Source: Naegleria gruberi (lineage: Eukaryota). Taken from it: a stretch of DNA of 64,000 bases. The stretch lies in NCBI GenBank assembly GCA_000004985.1, contig GG738865.1; one strand, written 5' to 3'. Shown here one piece after another: positions 56,421 to 64,000 of this stretch. The notes beneath the pieces were generated by a model. That model worked only from the letters and a program-made list of their open reading frames with translations. It made no database searches and was not told the DNA's origin. A program made the position numbers and the translations under genes. Every line of letters begins with the position of its first letter. Within the stretch, counting starts at the first letter, position 1.

Positions 56421-57150
56421 TGATCGGCGTCATTTTCGTTTCCTTTTCGTTCTGTTATGGAGGAACAAAAGTTTGGACGTTATTATTGATTGTATAGAGT
56501 TGTTCATATGTTATCAGCAGATGGTTTGTTGTTGAATAGAGTTAGCATAAATACAGTAAAATAGATAGTTACTTTTTTGAGTTGGTTTGTTAGGAGAGGA
56601 GGTTATTATAAAAGCAGACTTTGGATTAGACATTTTGGAAATCTAGGTACCTGAACAATGGAATAATTCGGATGATGAAACCGTTACGTAAATCCAATAA
56701 ACAGCAAGGTAGGATTGCTAGGTATTGTTCTGGTATTTTTTTTAATAAATTTTAAAACAATAATTTTTTAAAATAAAATTACTGATTTGCAACGTTTAAT
56801 TTTTTTTAGGAGGGAATATTTGTTGTGACAGGTTTTGAAAAGAATATTTTGAAAATATCGACAAAGAATGACTTTGATATAAATGATTACAAACCGAAGG
56901 TAAGGAATAGTTTTCCAGTTCGACTTCGAGATATTGATTGTTGAAATGATGTGTAATTATTTTGAACATTTCTTTGTGGATTACAAAATTCAATGGAATC
57001 ATTCTCTAATTATGTCTGCTCTCTTCACATCTATTAAGAGAATCAAAAAGACCAATCAATCAAATATATTTTCTGTAGTATTAAAGTGATTGGTTTATGG
57101 CGGGAAATAGAGCTGTTGATTAGGTTGTAAGCTAAACCAAAATCAAAAAA

Positions 57151-60100
57151 ATGCTTTCACTGAACAGAACACTATCATCATCGATTTTAACTCAATGTAA
57201 TAGGGTTGGCTCTCACACATTGTCTCTATCACACAGAGTGTCGAAAGCTTGTGGAAAATCCAATTTTAAAGTTATTCTTGGGGTGAATAATTATAACACA
57301 TCGGAATTGATAAACTGTGTTATTAAAAACAACAATCAGAGAAATTACACTCTTACACAAAAATTAAATGGAAAGAAGAAGGACGCTACAAATGATGAGG
57401 AAGAGGATGTTGTAGAACTAAAATCAATCACTACCGAAAGTGTTGATTTAAAAAATCAGAAATTTACTCCAATGATGAATCAATATTTCAAAATTAAAGA
57501 AAAACATTCGGATTATTTATTATTATTTAGAATGGGAGATTTTTATGAAATTTTCTTTGAAGATGCTGTTAAAGCTTCACAAGTTTTACATATTACAGTA
57601 TGTTTAATATTAGATTATGAAAGTATTGAATTTATTTAAATTAGTTGACTAAAAGAGGAAAGCATTTGGGACAAGATATTCCAATGTGTGGAATTCCACA
57701 CCATGCATTAGATGCCTATTTACAAAAATTAATTAAGAATGGTGTTGTAGTTGCTATTTGTGATCAAGTAGAGGATCCAGCCGAAGCCAAGAAGAATAAG
57801 AAAATAGTCGAGAGACAAATTACTAGATTGTAAGTATTAATTTGAATTGGAATTCATTACTCAACTAATATAGAGTAACACCAGGAACATTGACAGAGGA
57901 TAGATTTTTGGAAGCAAGTGAACACAATTATTTAGCTGCTATTGGATTGCCAGAAAAATTCTCAACCAATGACGAAAATCATAAGGAGCAACAGGTTACT
58001 CTTTCATGGGTTGAATTATCGACTGGTGAATTTAATTATTTGAATTGTTCCTGTATGTAACAACCTTAATTATTATTTTAATATTTCAAGTTGGTAATTT
58101 ACAATCGGAGTTATTGAGATTGAGTCCAAGTGAAATTTTGATTCCTTCCAACTTTGAATACGTATTCAAGGTAAGACTGGAGGAATACCATGTCACTCTC
58201 AGAAAACCAGCTTCATATCAACACTATGCAAATTTCATTCAAAATCATTTCAAATTGGACAAGCTTTCAAGTTATAGTGGTGTAAGTTATTTAATAATAT
58301 TAATTTCTCATTATCAAATAGTTGGACATAACTACATGTGGAATGATTTTGGACTATGTTAAAGAAACTCAAAAAGGTCAAATGCCAACACTTAGTACAC
58401 CTGAAAAATTCAAAATGGAAAGAAATATGTCTATTGACTTGGCAACCAGAAAAAGTTTGGAACTCACACGGACCCTATCAGGATCTAGGAAGGGAAGCTT
58501 ACTTTCAATTATTGATAAATGTGTAACAGCACCAGGTGCTAGATTATTGTCGAATCGATTGGCCTCACCATTGGCTGTTCCTTCCGAGATTGAGGATAGA
58601 TTGGATTGTGTAGAATATCTCACTGAAGATAAAGTTCTCATTGATCAAATCAGAGACTATCTGAAGAATTGCTACGACATTGAAAGAGCCATTCAAAGAT
58701 TGAGCATGAGCAGAGGTTCACCAAAGGATCTTTTCACAGTTGCAGCAACGGTTTCACAATGTCAACAACTGAAGGAAATTATTTTGGAAAATGAGGCGAG
58801 GAGACATACCAAATTACCAACAGTGTTGGCCAAAGTAGTGGAAGAATTGAATTCGGATGTCCAACTCGAGGCGATGAACGAGATTTTATCCGCCATGAAA
58901 GAGTACGAGGACCTACCTACTTCTGTAAGTGAGGGAGGCTTCATTAGGGTTGGATATTCAACAGAGCTTGACGAATGGCTCAAATTGAGTCAACACAGTG
59001 AAACCCTTATTCAAGATCTCCAAAAGGAATATAAGGACAAGACTGGAATTAGTACATTGAAAATTAAGAATAACAATGTGATGGGTTACTTTGTAGAAAT
59101 TCCAAGCTCACAACGTGATAGAATTCTTCCATTTAAGGAGTTTTCACACAAGCAAACCATGACTAATGTAGTTCGTTTCAAGACTGACAAGCTAGAAGAA
59201 TTGCAAGAAAAACTTGGAAAGGCACAACAAGAAGCCATCGATATGGAGCTGAAAATCTTCTTCCAGCTTCAAAAGAAATTACTAATAATTGCCAAAACAC
59301 TACTCTCCTCTGCTCAATCTATTGCCTCAATTGACTTGTATTCATCTTTGGCTTTGCTGGCAAGAGAGAGAAGCTATACGAGACCTAATGTAACACCATT
59401 CATTGAGTCTGAAGAGTTGGAAAAATCGAAAAAGAAAGTTCCAATCCTCAATATTCAAAAAGGTAGACATCCAATTGTTGAATATGCACAACAAGTCGGA
59501 GGAGCCACCATTGACAAGTCAAAGTTGGGTAAGAATGTAGGATTGACCTTTGTATCCAATGATTGTACAATGTTTAATAATGAGAATAGACTCATGCTTT
59601 TAACAGGTGCAAACATGGCAGGAAAAAGTACATACCTCAGACAGAATGCCCTCATTATTATTTTAGCTCAGATGGGATGTTTTGTTCCAGCTCAAAAGGC
59701 AGAATTTATGGTGGTTGACAAGATTTTCAGTCGTGTTGGTGCCTCTGATAATCTTGCCAATGATCAATCGACATTTATGGTTGAAATGGTTGAGACTGCT
59801 AATATTCTCAATCAAGCAACCAATAAGAGTTTCGTAATTATGGATGAATTAGGAAGAGGAACATCAGTTCTAGAGGGTTTGAGTATTGCCACAGCTGTTA
59901 TTCAACATTTACACAATAAGATTCAATGCAGAGCTCTATTCGCCACTCATTTCCACGAGCTCATTGAGAAGGCAAAGGAATTGAAATTTATGAAACCCTA
60001 CAAGTTGGAAGTACGAGTTAACAAATCCAATAATATCACGTTCACATACAAGATAGTTCCAGATGAGATTATTGATGGACAAAGTGCTGCATCAACTCAT

Positions 60101-60202
60101 TCGTCCTATGCCATTCAAGTTGCTAAATTGGCTGGTGTACCATCTATTGTAACAGATGAGGCAGAAAAGATTTTAGCAAAATTAAAGGCAGAGAGAAAGT
60201 AA
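57151..60202 (+). CDS. MSH1: MutS homolog, mitochondrial type (MSH1-like); 5 exons (57151-57597, 57645-57829, 57874-58052, 58091-58281, 58322-60202), about 961 aa
   Basis: Presequence-like N-terminus. MutS domain I blocks: [34 protein letters not shown] and [40 protein letters not shown] ATPase domain V blocks: [47 protein letters not shown]. Four short introns (47, 44, 38, 40 nt) with GTATGT/GTAAGT donors were each checked for frame continuity. Confidence 0.85.
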
Positions 60203-60476
60203 GGAATGCTCAAAAATCTCTTGGAAAACAGCCGGTAACGTGTCCTTAAAATTATGTGGCTACATTATTGACAGGCGCACTGAAACACACAGAAGAGTGT
60301 CTTTGTCACTTGTCAGGCCTTGTCACTATCATTAAAAAAAATTATCATCACAACTGTGTTATCCAGTTAAAACACATCACAACGATAATCATAAAAACAA
60401 CACCACAACAACAAAACAACTGTAAAACAATAATTAACTACTAGATAACAATAACTACGGACTAAATCACATAAAA

Positions 60477-63400
60477 ATGTCCTCCCTATTCAATCGTTTC
60501 AAAAAGAATAACAGCAATGCAGAGAATAAATTTGAACAACAACGTAACGCCAATCGTAAAACACTACAACCTCAGGATTTGACCTCGACCCAAAGTGAAA
60601 TCAGTGCTCATGACAAGTCGGGTTCACTCTCAATTCCATCAAGTAATACTGCCAGTAGTGGTTCTCTAGCCTATTATGAGGAAGGAGCATCAGTGAATGC
60701 CATGACTCAACTCTCAAACAAAAACAGTAAGAAGGGAGATAACAACAAGGAAAAGATGCCACCACCAGAGGAAATTGTTGCTCAATTTGAAAAGTTGTTG
60801 AAATATCAAGGTATTACACCAACTGAAAAACGATACAAATTGATGATTATGAAACCTTTGGAAGAAAAGTGGAAATTGGTTAAAATTATGCAAAATACAA
60901 AGAAGGAAGCTGATAAATTGCATACCATCAAGGACACTCCTGAATATATTGTACATCGTTTGAAAGATGAACCAACACTTGGTTCAGTTACTGAATTGAT
61001 CAGTCTCTTAAAGGGAGCTAAATCAGAGGATTGGATTCGTAAATTCTTGGATTTACAAGGTTTGGAGTGTTTATTTCAAATACTGGTAGAAAGTTGTGAT
61101 CAACAAATTAGAGAACAGTATGTTTTTGTTAACATTTTCAATAATTTATTGAATGTAACATTATTCAATTGATTATAATCCTTTTTTGGACATTTTTGTA
61201 ACTTTTTCAATATTTGTAATGTCCTCCAATGATTTTTAACACAGAGGTGGTAATATTCACGAAGAATTTTCTGATGATGAAGCACAACCTGAGGAAGAAG
61301 AAAATGAAGAGGAAGAAGATGGACTCGAAGATGAGGAAAAGAAGGAAGAAACTGGTTCCGAACAAGTGGAAACCAAGTCTTTGGATCCAAAGAGTAAACC
61401 ACCTCCACCTATGCTTCCACCAAGAATTGAAACTAAATCAAAGCGTGAAGATCCATACGATGCTCTTCAAGCTGAATGTGTCAGAGCACTTCGTGCATTG
61501 ATGAATACCACTCTTGGTCTTAATGCCTTTTTGCAAAGTAAGGACAAGTCAGTGTTAACTGTCACCAAGATTTTGGATTCCAGAAATATCAAAACCAAAA
61601 CTCAAGTTTTCTTCTTGTTGGCAACTATTTGTAGATTCGAACAAGGTTTTTGGATTGCTATCGATGCTATGAACAAGTACAAGTTGAATAGAAAGGAACG
61701 TGCTAGATTCCAAACCATTGTTCGTTTATTGAAGAAGAAGGTTGAAGTGAGTGATGAAACTATTTTACTCAAAACTTCAATTATTGTTTTCATTAACTCT
61801 TTAATTAATTCTCCACAAGATGCTTCATTGAAGAAACAATTGAGAAAGGAATTTGTTGATCTTAAAATGATTGAAATCAGTGAACAATTGAAAGCTTTGG
61901 ATCTTGACGATACTTTAACAATGCAACTTTCATTCTTCGAAGAGGAAGTTCAAGATATTGAAGATGCTGAAGAGGAGGAAGAAGAGCTAGATCTCGACGC
62001 ATTGGAAGATCCTATGGAAATTCTCAAACTTATTAGAGTTCAATTGGGTGGTTCTCAAGCTTTCGAATATTTCGTTAAAATCCTTCAATACTTTTTAATC
62101 ATTTCCGGTAAATCAAATGAAAAGGAAAAATCAAAGAATATGAATATTCTCTTGACAATGATCAAGAAGGCTGTTGCTTTCAAGGAAGATGGTGGAGTTG
62201 AAGAAGTCAGTGTTAAGGAATTGCAATTAGCTGATCGTGTTGAAACTCAACAACGTAAGATTACACAACTCGAAACTAGATTCTTGAAATTGGCAGAAAT
62301 GTTAAAGACTGGTAAAATTGATGATAAGGTTATTGAAAAATTCATTAGTTTGACATCTAAGGACACAAGAGAAAGCTTTAACAAATCAGTTGAAAGTATG
62401 GATCCTAGTGAGTTACAAGAAGAATTCCTCAAAGATGCCGAAGAATTACTTGTAAAGGTTAAGTCAAAAGGTGGATTTGATTTGGATACTTCAAATGCTC
62501 CAGAAGATTTAAAGAAACACTTGAAGAAACTCGAAACTGAGCTCAAATTTATGACTTATAAGGCCAAACAATTAGAGAAACAATTACAATCTGGAGGTGG
62601 AGGAAAAGGTGGAGGTGGTTCTGGTGGAGGATCAGGTGGAGGCGGCTCAGTAGGTTCAGGAGAAGCAAGCTCTGGTGATTCAGGATCTGAGGTGCCCTTC
62701 AGGTGAAGGTGGTTCAACAGGAGGTGATTCATCTGTTCCATCCATACCAACAATTCCAGTTGCAACTGAAGGCATTCCATTGCCACCTGGTATGGGAGTT
62801 CCTCCACCACCTGGTATGGGAATTCCACCACCACCTGGTATGGGCGGTATTCCACCACCACCAGGATCAGGTATTCCATTGCCACCTGGCGTTCCACCAC
62901 CACCTGGCATGGGAGGAATTCCAATGCCACCTGGAGTTCCTATGCCACCTGGTATGGGTATTCCTGGTATTCCAGGTATTCCACAAGGATACGTTCCACC
63001 AAAATTACCAACCTATAAGAGTACTGCTGTAATGAAGGGTGTCTTTTGGAGTAAGGTACCAGTTCAACAATTGAAGGACTCTATCTGGATTAAGAAGGAT
63101 ATTGTCACTGGATTGGAAGGTATTGAATTGGAAACAACAGAATTGGAAAAGCTCTTTGCTAAGAAGGAATCTATTGTATTGGAAACTAACACAAAGAAAC
63201 CAGAAAAGGTTACCCTCATTGATCCAAAGAAGGCCCAAAACTCTGCCATCGTTCTCGGTTCTATGAGATTGGACCACGATGATATTAAATTATCCATGTT
63301 GAGAATGGATGAAGGTGTTTTGGCTCCAGAAAATATCAAGGCCCTCAAGGACATGGTTCCTACAGCCGATGAAAGACAAGCTCTCAGTGATTATAATGGT

Positions 63401-64000
63401 GATTTCAACATGTTGGGAACAACTGAACAATTCTTGAGTAAGGTCATGGATATTCCAAGACTCGAAGAAAGATTAGAAAGTTGGTTGATCAAACTCAAAT
63501 TCCCTGCCAGTGTTTCCTCAATTGAACCAGATATTGAAACTATCATTTCTTGTTGCAAACAATTACAACAAGGTAAAAAATTCCACAAAGTTTTGCAAGT
63601 CATTTTGGCTATTGGTAACTTTATCAATGGTAACAAGAAGGCAGTTCACGGTTTCCAAATCAATGCCCTTCCAAAGTTGAAGGACACAAAGGCAACAGGT
63701 GCTAAGATTAATATGCTCGATTATATTGTTCAATTTTTGGAGAAGAATCATCCAGAAACTCTCAATTTTGGTGATGACCTTTCTGCTCTTAAGGGTGCTG
63801 AAAGAGTTTCAATTCAAGGTATCACTTCTGAATTGAATGAAATGAAGAATGGTGTCAATTTTGTTGGTAGAGAAATTGAAAAGTCAGATTTAGACACAGA
63901 ATTCGACAAGTTTAGAGAAGTCATGGTTGACTTTTTAGATTTTGCCTCTGAAAAGGTTGAAACATTCGAAAATCAAATTAAGGAAATGCAAACTCAAATT
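60477..64000 (+). CDS. diaphanous-related formin (GBD/FH3, coiled coil, Gly-rich linker, FH1 poly-Pro, FH2), 3'-truncated by the window end; intron about 61127-61244; unresolved frame break at about 62597-62706
   Basis: N-terminal FH3-like region (PEYIVHRLKDEPTLGSVTELISLLKGAKSEDWIRKFLDLQGLECLFQIL). FH1 repeats (IPLPPGMGVPPPPGMGIPPPPGMGGIPPPPG...). FH2 region (AVMKGVFWSKVPVQQLKDSIWIK...VLGSMRLDHDDIKLSMLRMDEGVL...ILAIGNFINGNKKAVHGFQINALPKLKDTKA) is open to position 64000 in a frame absent from the ORF track. Confidence 0.85.

Noticed and set aside
58150-58200. GTAAGA sequence inside MSH1 exon 4 (about 58171) that looks like a splice donor
   Set aside because: Reading through it keeps the conserved frame ([17 protein letters not shown]). 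The true donor is the GTAAGT at 58282, which is followed by an acceptor restoring the downstream frame.
62556-62930. Minus-strand ORFs of 124 and 76 aa rich in Pro/Gly/Trp, plus ORF 62703-63032 (+) in a third frame
   Set aside because: They are antisense or out of frame to the formin FH1 poly-proline coding repeats (CCA/CCT runs read as TGG/AGG). The composition is an artefact.

Overview
This window is AT-rich eukaryotic nuclear DNA. It is compact, with genes on both strands and short spliceosomal introns of about 47-120 nt (GTAAGT/GTATGT/GTAAAT donors, AG acceptors). I found no prokaryotic operons, CRISPR arrays or transposon open reading frames. I could support about 40 protein-coding genes and one tRNA-Glu(CUC) gene.

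Confidently recognised genes, by direct motif reading and alignment from memory:
- a membrane-anchored glycerophosphodiester phosphodiesterase
- methylcrotonoyl-CoA carboxylase beta (MCCC2-like)
- two kinesins, one a Kid/kinesin-10-like chromokinesin with a C-terminal helix-hairpin-helix
- histone H2B with an unusual lysine-rich C-terminal extension
- the tubulin polyglutamylase TTLL1
- an EIPR1/TSSC1-like WD40 protein
- a CTD small phosphatase (SCP1/NIF family)
- a mitochondrial-type MutS homologue (MSH1-like) with 5 exons
- a diaphanous-type formin (FH1/FH2), truncated at the window end
- a protein with seven transmembrane helices and a C-terminal RGS domain, lying next to a divergent G-alpha-like P-loop protein

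Most unusual region: 45.0-49.1 kb holds a tRNA-Glu gene followed by three paralogous genes for secreted cysteine-rich proteins. The two outer paralogues are in inverted orientation and share an almost identical 5' coding segment of about 290 nt (about 98% nucleotide identity, synonymous differences only).

Other observations:
- an in-frame TAA splits a SHAQKYF-type MYB gene
- the reading frame breaks inside the Gly-rich linker just before the formin FH1 region
- the ORF track missed a three-exon prefoldin-like gene
- two fusion architectures: F-box with RasGEF, and BTB with a C-terminal MATH domain

Limits: all splice-site coordinates were derived by hand and may be off by 1-2 nt. Around position 4080 the printed sequence and the ORF track appear to disagree by one nucleotide. 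The source organism cannot be identified from sequence alone. The gene content (TTLL1, many RasGEF/F-box/BTB proteins, 7TM-RGS) suggests an AT-rich protist or early-diverging eukaryote rather than a yeast, plant or animal.
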